A DNA stretch of 64,000 bases from Chiloscyllium plagiosum (lineage: Eukaryota), in the NCBI RefSeq assembly GCF_004010195.1, contig NC_057719.1:40405323-40469322 (forward strand). Reading direction: 5' to 3'. Positions 13,522-26,628 of the stretch are shown here, piece by piece. The notes below the pieces were generated by a model, which was not told the DNA's origin, made no database searches, and saw only the letters and a list, made by a program, of their open reading frames with translations. Position numbers and translations under genes: made by a program. How positions within the stretch are numbered: the first letter of the stretch is position 1; the number at the start of each line of letters is the position of its first letter.

Positions 13522-14859
13522 GTGAGATGGTTTTTAATAAATTTTTGCAAAATTAAGCTTTTTTTTGGATTTTCTGAAAAATAGAAATCAAGACAGAAGT
13601 GCATATTTGAAATTTTATGTTCAACTTTCATGACTTTGGAGAATTTGTATGTTTTAATGTTCTCCAGAGTTAAGGATAGCTTTTATTCTAATAATCCAAT
13701 TGCCCTTTGTGGGGCACAGGCAGGAATTATTTTTTTTTCCCTTGGTAGAGTGATCAGTGACCAGGGTTGGGGAGAGGAGGTTTAGAGGGGACGTGAGGAT
13801 AAGTTTTTTTTAAACTATTCAGAGTTGGAACGCATCACCTGTAAGGGTGGTACAGGCAGAAACACTCATGACATTTAAGTCGTCTTGAGATGTGCGTTTG
13901 TGATGCCAGTGCGCACAAGGCTCTGGGCCAAGTGCTGGACAATGGGAATAGAATAGTTAGGTAGTTGTTTTTAATGTACGTAGACTTGATGGGCCCCAAA
14001 TGTCTTTTCCCCGAATATCTCTAATGCTGAGAGAAATCAACAGACAGCAGGTCCTGGCAAGTTAAAATGATCACCCCAACAACCTTGTGGACAAGGGGAC
14101 ATTGATCTTCCTTCTCAGATTTCCCCTTGACCCTTAATAGCAATATTTTATTTTTGTGTTTGTTCACATGTGTATACGGGAAGTGTTAAAATTCTAACGA
14201 GTAGAGACACATGTCAGTAGTTCATAATTGTTCACCTAGTGTTCCATCTTTTCATTATTTTTCCAAAAGTAATTCTTAAGTACAGAAAGCTGGTCCATGC
14301 TTTCTATCAATCAGGGTGTAAAAAACATAAGTTGGGGAATTTTGTGTACTTCTCATAAAAGCTTTAACTAGTGATTAGTTAGGAAATCGTGGGCCTTGAT
14401 TTCCAGTACACAGTTCCAGTGAGATATAACAAGTGTTAAAAGTGTGTGTGTTGACATTTAGAGGGGATCGCATCAATGTGCATCATCTGGCTAAAGCTGA
14501 TGTATTTATTGGCCAATCACGGAACGTCTTTTTTCGCTTTCTTTGTTTTCTACATAGTTTTTCTCTCCACTGTTGCTGCTAGACCTGCATTGTTTCTTGA
14601 GCACTTTGTGTATTTATTTCAGGTCTCCGGCATCCACATATTTTGCTTTCATCATTCAATTTGTGTTTGTTGCCTCTTCCAATGTAGAAGAAGAAATTGG
14701 TTAGAAATTGTTGTCTCTTAAAGTATAAGTAGTGAGGATGAGGCGCCCTTTGATATACGAAGAAAGAGGGTTGAGAACGAAAGTTCGTATGTCATGGATT
14801 TGAATAATGTCAGTTGACAACAAATATCTTGAGCTTGAGTTAAAAAAAAACAGAGTCAT

Positions 14860-15975
14860 GTAAACATAGTTGCACATCATGGAAACAGATATTTCGGTCC
14901 AACTCGTCTATGCCGACCAGATATCCTAAATTAATCTAGTCCCATTTGCCAACATTTGGCCCATATCCCTCTAAACCCTTCCTATTCATATACTTATCCA
15001 GGTAACTTTTTAAATGTTGTTATTGTACCAGCATCCACCACTTCCTTTGGCTGTTAGTTTGAGACATGCACCATCCTCTGCATGAAAATATTGCCCCTTA
15101 GGTCTCTTTTTAAATCTTTCCCCTCTCACCTTAAGCCTTTGCCATCTAGTTTTGGACTCCTCCACCCCAGGGAAAAGACCATGGCTATTCACCCTATCCA
15201 TGCTCCTCATGGTTTTATAGACCTCTACACGGTGACCCCTTGGCCTCTGATGCTCCACAAAAAACAGCCCCAGCCTATTCAGCCTCTCCCTATAGCTCAA
15301 ACCCTCCAACACCAGCAACATCCTTGTAAATCTTTTCTGAACCATTTCAAGTTTCACAATATCTTCCCTATAGCCAGGAGACCAGATTTGTACTCAGTAT
15401 TCCAAAGTACCCTAATCAATGTCCTGTAGTCAATGCACTAACCAATTAAGGCAAGCATACCAAATGCCGCCTTCACTATTCTCCGTACCTGCAATTCACT
15501 TTCAAGGAGCCATGAACCTGCACTCCAAGGTCTCTTTGCTCAGCAACACTCGCCAGGACCTTTCCATTAAGTGTACAAGTCCTGCCCTGATTTGCCTTTC
15601 CGAAACACAGCACCTCACATTCATCTAAATCAAATTCCATCTGCCACTCAGCCCATTGGCCGATCTGATCAAGATCCTAGGCAAAAGTGAGAACTGCAGA
15701 TGCTGGAGATCAGAGTCAAGATTAGAGTGGTGCTGGAAAAACACAGCAGGTCAGGCAGCATCCGAGGACTAGGAAAATTGATGTTTTGGGCAAAAGCCCT
15801 TCATCACGAATGAGGTGTTGTGCTTTGTGGTAATCTTCTTTGCTGAGCACTGTAGCTCCAATTTTGATGTCATCTGCAGACTTACTAACTATACCTCCTA
15901 TGTTCACATTCAAATCGTTTATGTAAATGACTAAAAGCAATGGTCCCAGCACTGATCCTTGTGGTACAACGCCAT
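14860..15975 (-). mobile_element. CR1 LINE 3' portion, interrupted by a PLE terminal insert at ~15679-15815
   Basis: KLEMVQKRFTRML...[25 protein letters not shown]...ADD. Confidence 0.85.
15679..15815 (-). mobile_element. PLE-terminus-derived short insert with degenerate hammerhead
   Basis: Reverse complement: gTGATGA-A-GGGC(tttt)GCCC-aAAACaTC followed by the gatgctgcctgacctgctg...ctccagcatctgcag tail. Confidence 0.8.
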
Positions 15976-16429
15976 TGTAGTTGGGGAAAAAAATATAAAG
16001 GCTTTAGAATGGGAAGAGGCAATTTAGCCAGATATGGCAATCTTTGTAGCTTGATCATGATCATGAACATTCACAGGAGGTCCATGAGCAGAATTGGTCA
16101 CGAATAAAGGGAGGGATCACCTGGACTATCAACTATTGTAATTTGCTTAAAAATGATTGTGGCTGCTATTTGGGATTTTGGCTATGGTAACAGTTGAGAA
16201 TCTAAAGTTCACCTTAGTGGCCTTGCAATGGTTCCTGCACCTGACTGCAATCCTTTGAAGATAGTATTGTCATGTAATGATTGTATCACTGGATTGTATG
16301 GAGTGATATTGCAGAGAAAATTATGCCATAATGTCAGTTTGATCATCTGTATACAGCTTTAATGTGATCAGTAAATAAAAATTCAGATCATTATAGGGCC
16401 TTGAGACTGTCAAATTATTATTTATAGCA

Positions 16430-16660
16430 AACTGGTTCGCTGATGTCCTTTCGGGAAAGTGCAATTATCATCCTTATTTGATCTGTCTTAACCTTGCCTT
16501 TATTACCATCCTAATGTGCTTTACAGTTGACTTTGAATCAAACTGGCAAACTGCATCGATCTGGGACCAAAATTGCCACCACTTTTTCAAGAGGAATTGG
16601 GGATATGCGATAAATAAGTAATAGTATTTCCAGTAATGTCTACATCTCATGAATTTATTT
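16430..16660 (+). mobile_element. Deu-type SINE remnant (SacSINE1-like)
   Basis: ctggttcgctgatgtcctttcgggaa core and ccaccactttttcaagaggaattgggga tail, shared with 46400-46525 and 62740-62850. Confidence 0.5.
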
Positions 16661-16740
16661 TATTAAAAGAAGTTTTCTTGCATTACTTTGTTAGTGCTTT
16701 CCAGATATGGAATGATTGTTTTATTCTGTTTAATTCCTAG

Positions 16741-16844
16741 ATTTCACCTTCATTTTGTAATGAACCAAAAATCCTGCCTGAAGTCTATAACACAGCAGTA
16801 ACTCTGATCCTCTACTTTGATGAGCTAGAAAATAAAGAAAATGG
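16741..16844 (+). CDS. TDRD9: TDRD9 exon (104 nt): ISPSFCNEPKILPEVYNTAVTLILYFDELENKEN(G)
   Basis: tcctag| and |gtaagt, phase 0/2, frame compatible with neighbours. Confidence 0.9.
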
Positions 16845-17939
16845 GTAAGTGACAAACAAAGAGTTACATTTTAATTTCATTATCAGGGACAAAACACAAG
16901 TAGATGAGACTTCGAATTTTGTGCTGATCGGACTAGTGGCCAAAGAAGGATTGAGCCAACTACTATACACTGAATGTAGTCACAACTCCTCCTGGTTAGA
17001 TAGAAGCAAAGTGTATGGAACATGGATAGTACGGTAGTCAGGCTGCATCACTGCTATACCTGTGATATTAAAGAAGTCAAAATGTTTTGTTATCTAGTTG
17101 TCAGTTTAAAAGGTGCAGACGCATGGTGTTTTTTTGTGCCTTTATTAATAACTTATTGTTCTAATTAAGAATTATGAGGTAATTTTCAGCAATTTGCTCA
17201 CCTTCTCTTTGTAAATGAGCTTCAGTGCTTTGCCAGGTACTTTAACATTTTGCAGAGAATCATAATCTTTATTGGAATTTAAAGGCATAATGTCTAAAGT
17301 GTGATATTGAATTAGATCCCCAGTATGTGTCTCCAAATTTTCTTTCCATAATGGCTGGCAGAGGCATAAACAAACATCTGATTTGATGTTGCTGGTTTTA
17401 CATTTATCACTCAATATCAAAGTTACAATGTAAATTATCCAAAAGGATCACAGCAGGCAGTCACAGAGCATCACAGTCTTAGTGCTAAATGTGAAAAAAT
17501 GGACTGCTTCTCACTATTGATTGTTCTACAAAAAGACACAGATTTTAAAAAATGAATATGACACACAGTAAATTTGCTGAGTTCAAGTTGGCAGCAAGGT
17601 ACCCCTCACCACATTATTTGTACACCTGGAAATCTTGAGTACGCTTTGGCAATTTTTCCTTCCATCCCTTTTGGTTGCATTTTCAGGTCAGTAATTGTGG
17701 CAGCTGAGGTACTTTGCTGACACATTGATTTGGACAATGTAAGATATTAAAAATTTGAAGGGGTGAGGGTAACCTTTTTGTCTTCTGTGTATATCTATAT
17801 CAGTTACTTAACAATGTTAGTGTTCTGAACATTATCGGTTGTGTTTGTATTGAGACTGGAAAAGATCTCCCAAATGTTTTGATTGCACTTTAGTTGTGTT
17901 TATCCATATATTTCTGCTAATAGTTGAATTTTTTCAAAC

Positions 17940-18365
17940 TTGGGACTGGACGGTTGAAGTTATAAGGAGAGGCTGGATAGAGTGGGATGTTTCTCACTGT
18001 AATGTAGAGGTTTGAGGGGTGGCCTTAAGGAGGATTATAAAATCATGAGCATGTATCAGGTGTGTAGCAAAGGTCTTTTACCTAGAGTAAGGGAGTTCAA
18101 AACTATTTTTAAGGTGAGAGAAATTTAAAAGGGACCTGAGGGATAGCTTTTTCATTGAGGGTGGTCCATTTATGGAATGAACTGCCAAAGGATATGGTGG
18201 ATGCAGTATAGTTACACCATTTAAAAGACATTTGGACAGGAACATGACTAGGAAAGGTTTAGAGGGATGGGGCCAAATCTAGGTAAATGGGACTAATTTA
18301 GTTTGGGAAACCTGGTCAGCATGGACGAGTTCGACTGAAGGATCTGTTTCCGGACTATAGGACTT
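17940..18365 (+). mobile_element. CR1 LINE 3' end
   Basis: Same 3' UTR as 11000-11410. Confidence 0.8.
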
Positions 18366-18481
18366 TATGCAGTATTTTAGGTGTTCTACTTGTGTATCCC
18401 CCAAAATTAAGTAAGCATTTCATGATAAAGTTAATGTTGAAGCAAATTTTCATACAATTTTGTTAACTCTGATTTTAATAG

Positions 18482-18531
18482 ATCAACAGGAATGAACTTG
18501 AACCGTGGCAGTGTATTGGTATTTTTGCCAG
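18482..18531 (+). CDS. TDRD9: TDRD9 exon (50 nt): (G)STGMNLNRGSVLVFLP(G), motif IV
   Basis: taatag| and |gtaatg, phase 2/1. Confidence 0.88.
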
Positions 18532-19479
18532 GTAATGTTTAAAAATTGTTCTAATGTTCAACAATATCATTTGAACAAGGGTGCCAAACATATTTCAGTT
18601 AACATGTTCAGCTCAGACTTATTCGTTTCAGTCAAACTGGTGAAACTAGTCGATTACGTGAGCAGAAGACTTTGCATCATGAAAATCCATCTCTTACTTC
18701 CGGGTTCAGAGTAACTCAGAACTAACAGAGCAGCAATGAAGGCAGCTACTCGACAAAGAACTTGTTCTGTAACATCAAGAAAATGTGACATGGCTGCTGT
18801 TTTTCTGATTTGAACAGAACCTCATTAAGTTAATGCCTTACGCTGCTTTCCAAGAGTGTGAGAATACCTTCGTATTCATTATAAACCCTAAAAACCCAAA
18901 GCAGCACCACTGATATTTGCCCAATCTTCGGCTTGTGGTTGTTGTCAGAGTTATTTTAAGTGCAGACTTGCTCTTGACTTACTAAATAGAATATTTGTAT
19001 TAGCAGAAATTGCAAACTTTCCTGGTCTAACTTGGCTTTGTTTTGTGCTGTAAGTACACTGGAGGTCCATTTTAATATGATTTAACATCCTGTGACGACT
19101 AATTATGGGGGGAGTGTGTGTTACAGCTCCCAAAAGTAGATCGTCATCATCAAAATCTTGGTTTTCCTAATTAAAGTGGTGAGAAAATAGGTGTTTTCTT
19201 ATTAATATGGTGTAGTTGTAAAGTGGTTTCATTTTTTGGATCTCTGTATTTGCACTGTAAAGGCCTTTGTAATATTAAGTCTTGAATATCTTTTCAAAAG
19301 CAAAAGTGCTGCAAATTACTTGGCAAATTTAAAGTGATTTTGTTTTTGTTTTCTTGTACATAGATATCAGATATACAATATAGCTACAATTAGGATATAT
19401 ACTTTGTTCAGATTTTGCGTTAATACATTTTCTCCCAGATACTTCGTCTGTGCTCACCTCTAATGTGTCCTATTTTTAG

Positions 19480-19534
19480 GCCTGGCAGAAATAAATTACC
19501 TGCATGAAGTCCTCACCTCCATGGTTCAGAAGAG
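19480..19534 (+). CDS. TDRD9: TDRD9 exon (55 nt): (G)LAEINYLHEVLTSMVQK(R)
   Basis: ttttag| and |gtatgg, phase 1/2. Confidence 0.92.
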
Positions 19535-20389
19535 GTATGGCATTGTTATTGACGTACAATGCAAGAGAGCAAATTCTTTGATAATGTATTGGTTTACTGA
19601 CTCCTGGTTGCTCAGCATCTGCTTTCCTCCTGCCATTGAGGTCGCTTGAGCAGTTTTTCTCCCTTCACAGCTGTATATAAAAGCATGTTACCATAAATCT
19701 GATTCACTGAAAAACAGTTTGTGTGTAATTTTGTTGAATTTGAAAGTTGGTGCATTTTCCACTGTAATTGAGCAGTCCAGTCTTTCTTATTAAGCCCACG
19801 GTTGCAACTTATTACTTGAATTATTTCTGGAGAGTTTTCAAGTTAATAAACGGGGATTGTCAAAATGTCAATATCTTACAATACTGAATGATGCTATTCA
19901 GCCTGTTACATTGTTCTCGCTCTTAGACAGCAATTAATGCAATTTGTATTCTGTTTTGCCCATAACACTGCAGTTTTTTTCTGGAAATCTCTCGTATTAT
20001 GAATTCTTCCTTCTAAAGAAGGTGCATTTTGAAAATAAATACTCTAAATGCTCATTAAAAATGTGTGTTTTGAAAAGAATGTTGCAAGCAACTTAGCATT
20101 TTTAATAAATAGTAAGTAATCAAGTGCAACCAATCTGAGTTCCATCACCATGTGTATATGTTAAATACAAATGTCAACATTTACCTATAAGAAATATTAT
20201 GGTTTGTACGTGGCACTTTGACAGACGTTGTTAACTTAATGTAGTAGAGTTTAGTGGTTCTGGTTGTTTGTCTGACATGATGGAGAATAAGATGTTTTTT
20301 GTCTATACTTAAGTAGGAGTAAGGGTACAATAAAAGCAAAGGTCTATATTCTGCTCAATTAAGCTATGTCTGAAGAGCTCCTAAATAAC

Positions 20390-21920
20390 TGTGTGCAGGA
20401 GGTGCCTCTAGCTGGAGCAACCCAAGCCCTGAGTTTTGGAGCTTGAGTAGGAGTGGGGTAGGCATTCATGAGTTGGGAGGTTCATTGGTCGTCCATGTGA
20501 CCTTGCAACTTATGTGTAGGCATAGAGGGGATAGGTGACCACCAGACAAATGAATGGGACCAAGCGGGTAGTGAGGGCATCCCTTGAATACATTTAATTT
20601 TCAAACTAGTTTTGGAATCAAAGCCAGACTATTATTTAAATGATAAGATGACTCCAAAAAGTTCAGCAGAGGGATTTGGATGCAATTGTTCAAGAAACAG
20701 AATGTTAGCATGAAGCTATAACATTTGATTGACAAGGCATTATTGCTGGGCGGTTGGAGGTTAAAAATGGGAAGTTCTGTTGCAGCTGTACAGGCTTTTG
20801 GTGAGGTCGCACATACAGTACTGTGTACAGCTTTAGTGGCTATATTTGAGAGAGAAAATACAGGTGTTGGTGGCACTTCATAAGAAATTCACTAGGCTGG
20901 TTCCTGAGATGAAGAGGTTGACTTATCAAAAATGGCTGGACAGTTATTATGGAAGTTTAGCAGAATGAGAGGTGACCTTATTGAAACACAAGATTCTGAG
21001 GAGGGGTTGACAAATATTGCGAAGATGCTTTTCTCCCCAAGTTGAGGAACTTTGAGGAAGTTTCTCTTCCAAGTTGAGGAACCTTGAACTAGGAGACATA
21101 GATAAAGAATAAGGGGACATTTATTTAAAGATGCTTCTTTTCTGAGTGTAATGTCTATTTGAATTCTTGATCCTGAGTTGGGGAGGCTAGATCACTGAAA
21201 GTATTTAACAAAGACATCAGTAGATTTTTGAAATATCAGGAATTAAGGACTATGAGAAATGGCAAAATTAATGCATGGGCAGACGAGCTATAATTTGACG
21301 GAATGGTGGGACAGGCTTGAGGAGTTGAATGGCATACACCTGTTGCTTGTATTCTTATGAAAGACTGGTAAGATTGGTAATTCACCATTCCTGATTGCAT
21401 GATACTCAGATGAGATAGAGCCGGGGACAGAAGAGAGGAGTTTGCAGTATCAATCAAGAAATCAGTTATAGCCATGAGGAGAGGTGATAGCTTGAAAGGA
21501 ACATACATTAGTCATAATATTAGAAGTAAAAAAAGCCAAAATGGGCAAGCACTCTTGGGTGTGTACTCCTGGCCTCCAAAACAGTCAAGTGTAAGAAAGG
21601 GTACGAGTAATAAGCCAATCATGTTATGGGGATTTTACTTATCCAAATATTAATTGAGTAGGTTTAGTGACCATAATTCACTTAGATTGGCAATAGTTAT
21701 AGAAAAGGTTAAGGGTAGGCCAAGACTCAAAGTTATAAACTGAGCAAAAGCTGATTTTTACCAAGATAAGGTATGAATTGGCTCAAATTGATTGAGCAGC
21801 TACTTGTAGATAAGACTGTCACAGCAGTGCTCCCACTGCATTCAAGGAGGAAATAGGTCTGAATAAGGATGGGCCAGAATCAAAGTTCTAAACTGAGTAA
21901 AAACTAACTTTAATAAGGTA
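20390..21920 (+). mobile_element. Old CR1 fragments (ORF1, 3' end and EN-linker pieces)
   Basis: Highly decayed similarity to the other CR1 copies. Confidence 0.55.
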
Positions 21921-22184
21921 AGATTCAACTTGGATATCATACCAACATCTGACACCATACTCGCCAGCTTCCTGAGGAGGATAAAATTTCCCTCCTCCAA
22001 AACTTCAGTGCCAGGATTGGAAAGGAGTCAGAAATTACAACTCCAAAGGGATTCTCCTACTTAACAACTGTGCAGTATGCTAGCTGGTCATGACTACTTG
22101 GATGCAGTCTTGATCACAACACTGGCACGTGATCTACTACATCATCATTCAATCCCAAGGCAAAAGGAATGTTCTCTATCAAAG

Positions 22185-22309
22185 TGATGAAGGGCTTTTG
22201 CCCGAAACATCAATTTTCCTGCTCTGCGGATGCTGTCTGACCTGCTGCGCTTTTTCAGCGCCACACTCTCGACTCTGATCTCCAACATCTGCAGTACTCG
22301 CTTTTGCCT
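22185..22309 (+). mobile_element. PLE-terminus-derived short insert with hammerhead remnant
   Basis: TGATGA-A-GGGC(tttt)GCCC-GAAAC-aTC plus family tail. Confidence 0.8.
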
Positions 22310-22948
22310 GAAGACCAGTGCAGATGACCCCTGGACAGATCACTAGCTCATCTGTTCCTGTATGTCTATTAAATGCCACTAGAAGTGGCTGAAAACAAAG
22401 AAATAATTCAGAAGAAAAGCTCAATGTTGAGCCACTTCACGAGCGAAGCAGAGTAGTGAACTTCCAACAATGTCTTCACTAAAATTTCCAGAATTGATTT
22501 TAATAGAATAAAGGTAATCTGGAAAGAGCTGAAGATTGTAATTGTCTCATTCGGCGAAGAAGCCATCAGCTACTAAGCAGGAAATACCAAGACTGGTTTG
22601 ATGAGAATGACCACATGATCTAAGAGGCCATTGACAAGAAGAGAAAAGCTCTTTGCTTCACTGGTGATATCATTTTGCCAAATATAAAGAGGAAAACTCA
22701 TCAAACAGCAAAGGTGCCATTAGAAAGAAGAATTAGAGAACTAGTAGTGGATTGAGAAAGCAAAGGAGCTGCAACTCCTAGCTGACGAGCATAACACCTG
22801 AGGCTTTTTTAGTGCCACCAAGACAATATAAGGACCCAAAACACTTGGCCTCAAACTGGTATTTTGAGACTTTTGAGAGAAAACATCAGCCTTCGATGGA
22901 AAGGACACTTTAAAGAACTTGTAAACCACATTACAATAACAGATGAGG

Positions 22949-23040
22949 GCTGAAAATGTGTTGCTGGAAAAGCAGCAGGTCAGGCAGCATCCAAGGAGCA
23001 GGAGAATTGACGTTTCGGGCATTAGCCCTTCTTCAGGAAG
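22949..23040 (-). mobile_element. PLE-terminus-derived short insert
   Basis: Family tail plus hammerhead; gatgagg on both flanks (22942-22948, 23041-23047) may be a TSD. Confidence 0.75.
23005..23040 (-). ncRNA. Minimal hammerhead ribozyme motif with intact core
   Basis: Reverse complement: CTGAAGA-A-GGGC(taat)GCCC-GAAAC-GTC. Confidence 0.72.
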
Positions 23041-24699
23041 GATGAGGACGTGTTTGAGGAAATCCCCCAAATCCCATAATGTGGCAGAAGTCAAAGCCAC
23101 CACTAAACACGTGAAGAATGGAAAAGCCATCAAAGTGGGCAGGATTCCATTGACGAAGCAGAGCTTACCTGTCATTTCGATTAAATGCTGATAAAAATCT
23201 TTGACAATGAAGAAATCCCTGATCTTGGGGATGCTGTCATAACTACTGTCTTCAAGAAGGAGACAAAGTAGACTGTGGAAATAACCTGCAGAATCTCCCT
23301 ATTCCCGATCAGTGGGAACGTCATCACCTGAATTTGTTAGGTGCCTTTACCCAATCTTTGAGGAAATTCTTCCTGAAAGTCAGTGCGGGGCACTTCTGAC
23401 TGATCCGTGGAACTATGACCATAATGTTCCGTGTTCAGCAACTCCAAGAGACATGGCAGGAACAGCACCAACCACTCTACATGGCCTCCTTCAACTGAAC
23501 CATGGCTCTTGACTCACTCAATCAGGAAATGCTATGGAAGATCCTGTCAAAGACCAGCAGTCCAGTGAAATTCATCAATGTACTCTCTCTTCCATGACTC
23601 TGTCAGTGATAGTCCTCACTGGCGGTAATGTGACAGAATTCTTTTGAGGTCAATACAGTAGTCACATAGGGATGGGTAATGGCCGCCATCATTTTCTCTA
23701 TCTTCTTTGCCTCCATTTTTCATCTTGTCGAAAACACGTTTCCTGTGATGTGGACCTTGTCCACAGGATGGATGGAAAACCTTTCAGCCTCAACCAGTTG
23801 AATCTTGAGAGAAATGATCATTTGTGGAGCTACATATGCAGATGACCATGTCATTTGTGTTTTTGGAACAGAATCCTCAAACCTCACTTAACACTTTTAG
23901 GAATGCACTGAAATTGAAGCCACTCCAGGTCAAGTTCCAGTTCACCCGCCCATTAAGATTAACGGAGAAATCCTCTCAAATATGGAATGTTTCCCCTACC
24001 TGGGAAGACCCATTTCATCTAACACTGATATCAATGCAGAGATCGAACGCCACATCGTTGCCTTTGGATTCCTAAGATTGAGTCTTCTTGATGACCCTGA
24101 CATCCATACTGATGCTGAGATCCTTGTTTATGAGGCAGTCATCCTTCTGACTCCTTTGTTTCACTCTGAAATTTATACTTTGTATAGATGCTGCCTCAAA
24201 GCCCTTGAAGTAGTATCAATGCTATTTTGAGATGGATTCTTGATATGAACGCGGCGGACAGATGTATTAACATCGAAACCCTTGAAGGAGGCAATAGCAT
24301 CAACAATGAGATCATGATCATCAGAAACCAACTCTGCTGGGCTGGCTTCATGCTTTGTATGCCTAAGTTCCTGACTGCCAAAGTAAATGCTTGCCAGCTT
24401 AAGGAAATCACTTAAGAAGAAAACAGTCAAGCATTTTGAGGGCTCCTTGAAGGCTTCCATGAAGAAATGCAACTTGGATGTCAATGTGTGAGACACCTTC
24501 ATTCAACAGAAACCATCTTGGAAGGATCTCATTTATGAAGGGACCCAATTCTCTGAGAACATCTATCACCGAAAGAAAGTACGGAAAGGGAATGACTTAT
24601 GACTCTATGAAATGCCAATGTTCCTGAGACCAAGGACCAGTGCCAACTCCTGGAAACTCCTGCCAATGAGCGATTTAGAGCTACAGCTTGAAAATCTGG

Positions 24700-25312
24700 T
24701 CCATAAGACCATAAGACATATGAGTGGAAGCAAGGCCATTTGGCCTATCGAGTCCACTCTGCCATTTAATTGTGGCTGATGGGCGATTCAATTCTACTTA
24801 CCCGCACTCTCCCTGTAGACTTAATTCCTTGCGAGATCAAGAATTTATCAATCTCTGCCTTGAAGACACTCAAAGTCCCAGTCTCCACTGCGCTCCGTGG
24901 CAATGAATTCCACAGGCCCAATACACTCTGGCTGAAGAAAGGTCTCCTCATTTCCGTTCTAAGTTGACCCCCTCTAATTTTAGTCTTCCCGCCCAACAGA
25001 AGCAATTTCCTAGCGTCCACCCTGTCTAAGCCATGCATTATCTTATAAGTTTCTATTAGGTCTCCCCTCCATCTACTAAACTCCAATGAATAAATCCCAG
25101 GATCCTCAGCCGTTCATCATATGTTAGGCCTACCATTCCAGGGATCATCCGTGTGCATCTCGGCTGGACATGCTCCAGTATCAGAATGTCCTTCCTGAGG
25201 TGTGCGGCCCAAAATTGGACACAGTATTCTAAATGAGGCCTAACTAGAGCTTTATAAAGTCTCAGAAGCACATCGCTGCTTTTGTATTCTAATCTTCTTG
25301 AGATGAATAAAC
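24700..25312 (-). mobile_element. CR1 LINE 3' end
   Basis: LYKALVRPHLEYCVQFW; RGDLIETYKIM; LWNSLP; (ccataaga)n tail at 24701-24720. Confidence 0.9.
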
Positions 25313-26160
25313 CACACAATGACCTGGAGCCTGTGACCAATGACATGGAGTTACCTTGGTGGACAATCATATTCAGTCATGGATAATTGCAGATGAGTGA
25401 CCATTATTCACTTAAATTGATAGTTATGGAAAAGGATAAAGATGGGCCTAAAATTCAAGGTCTAAACTGAGCAGAGGTTAATTTTACTAAGGTGACTTAT
25501 GATTTTACTCAAATGGACTGTCAGCAGCTACTTGTAAATGAAACTGTATCACAGCAGTGGGAGGCATTCAAGGAAAAAATAGCGAGAGTGCAAGGCACTC
25601 TTTCAAAAAAAATAAGAATGGGACCAAGATCAGAGAACCCTGAATGTCAAGTACCATAAAGGTTAGAATTAAGAAAGTAAGAGCTTATGGCAGATACCCA
25701 GGTCTCAATCTTGTACAGTTCATGAAGGAGTATAAAAAGTACAAGGAAGAATTTAAAACAATATTGTGAAAGTGAAGAGAATACATGGGAAAATCTCTTC
25801 CAGGTTTTAAATGTAAAAAGAACATGAGAGCAACTTTAGGGATCATAGCAATAACTTGCAAACTAACTGGACATGAAGAAATTCAGATATATACATCAGA
25901 GGGGGTACTTGACCCTCAGCTCTGAAGCTTGCCCCTTGCTCTGAAGAACCTCTATGTTGTTTTAGACTAAGCACCATCACCATGGCCCAGAAACACACAG
26001 ACAAATCTCCTGTTATCCATGGAAATTGCCATTTGTCAACCTGTCATGACCATCTTGTGATCTCTCATACACTTGCAGGCTGCTTGGGAAGACTTCATTT
26101 GTAGGGTGCACTAGCAAATTGTATTGAAAGGCAGCTTCCTGGGCACTTTGCAAGCAGGGC

Positions 26161-26628
26161 TGAAATCCCTGGTGGTGTGGTCAGTTTGGAGGTGGCATAA
26201 ATGACGACGGATGATACGATGTATATGGAGGTTGGTGGGGTGGTAGTCCGCAAGTAGGCGGCCTGTCTCCCCAATATATCCGCAAGTAGGCGGCCTCTCT
26301 GGGACACCCGGACCAACCAACCCAACCACCCCGTGGCTCAACACTTCAACTCCCCCTCCCACCTGACCTCTCTGCCCCCACCCCCACTCCGGCCTATCAC
26401 CCTCACCTTGACTTCCTTCCAACTATTGCATTTCCAACGCCCCTCCCCCAAGTCCCTCCTCCCTACCTTTTTTCTTAGACTGCTGGGCACACTTTCCTCA
26501 TTCCTGAAGAAGGGCTCATGCCCGAAACGTTGATTCTCCTGCTCCTTGGATGCTGCCTGACCTGCTGCACTTTTCCAGCAACACATTTTCAGCCCTGATC
26601 TCCAGCATCTGTAGTCCTCACTTTTTCC
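26161..26628 (+). mobile_element. Rearranged Penelope-like insertion with 17-bp TSD
   Basis: cactttgcaagcagggc at 26144-26160 and 26629-26645; GIY-YIG pieces on both strands; pLTR with hammerhead. Confidence 0.88.
26500..26535 (+). ncRNA. Minimal hammerhead ribozyme motif with intact core (sense to TDRD9)
   Basis: CTGAAGA-A-GGGC(tcat)GCCC-GAAAC-GTT. Confidence 0.72.

Larger units (their letters stand above)
21940..24620 (+). mobile_element. RTE-clade (BovB-like) LINE ORF2, decayed, with two nested PLE-terminus inserts
   Basis: ILPESQCG, frameshifted YADD-like atgcagatgac (~23836), FPYLG...DINAEIERHI, YEAVILLTPLFHSE, QLCWAG. Confidence 0.78.

Noticed and set aside
21668..25585. Similar segments at 21668-21860 and 25398-25585 as LTRs flanking the RTE
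   Set aside because: Both are diverged CR1 EN-linker sequence without TG...CA termini
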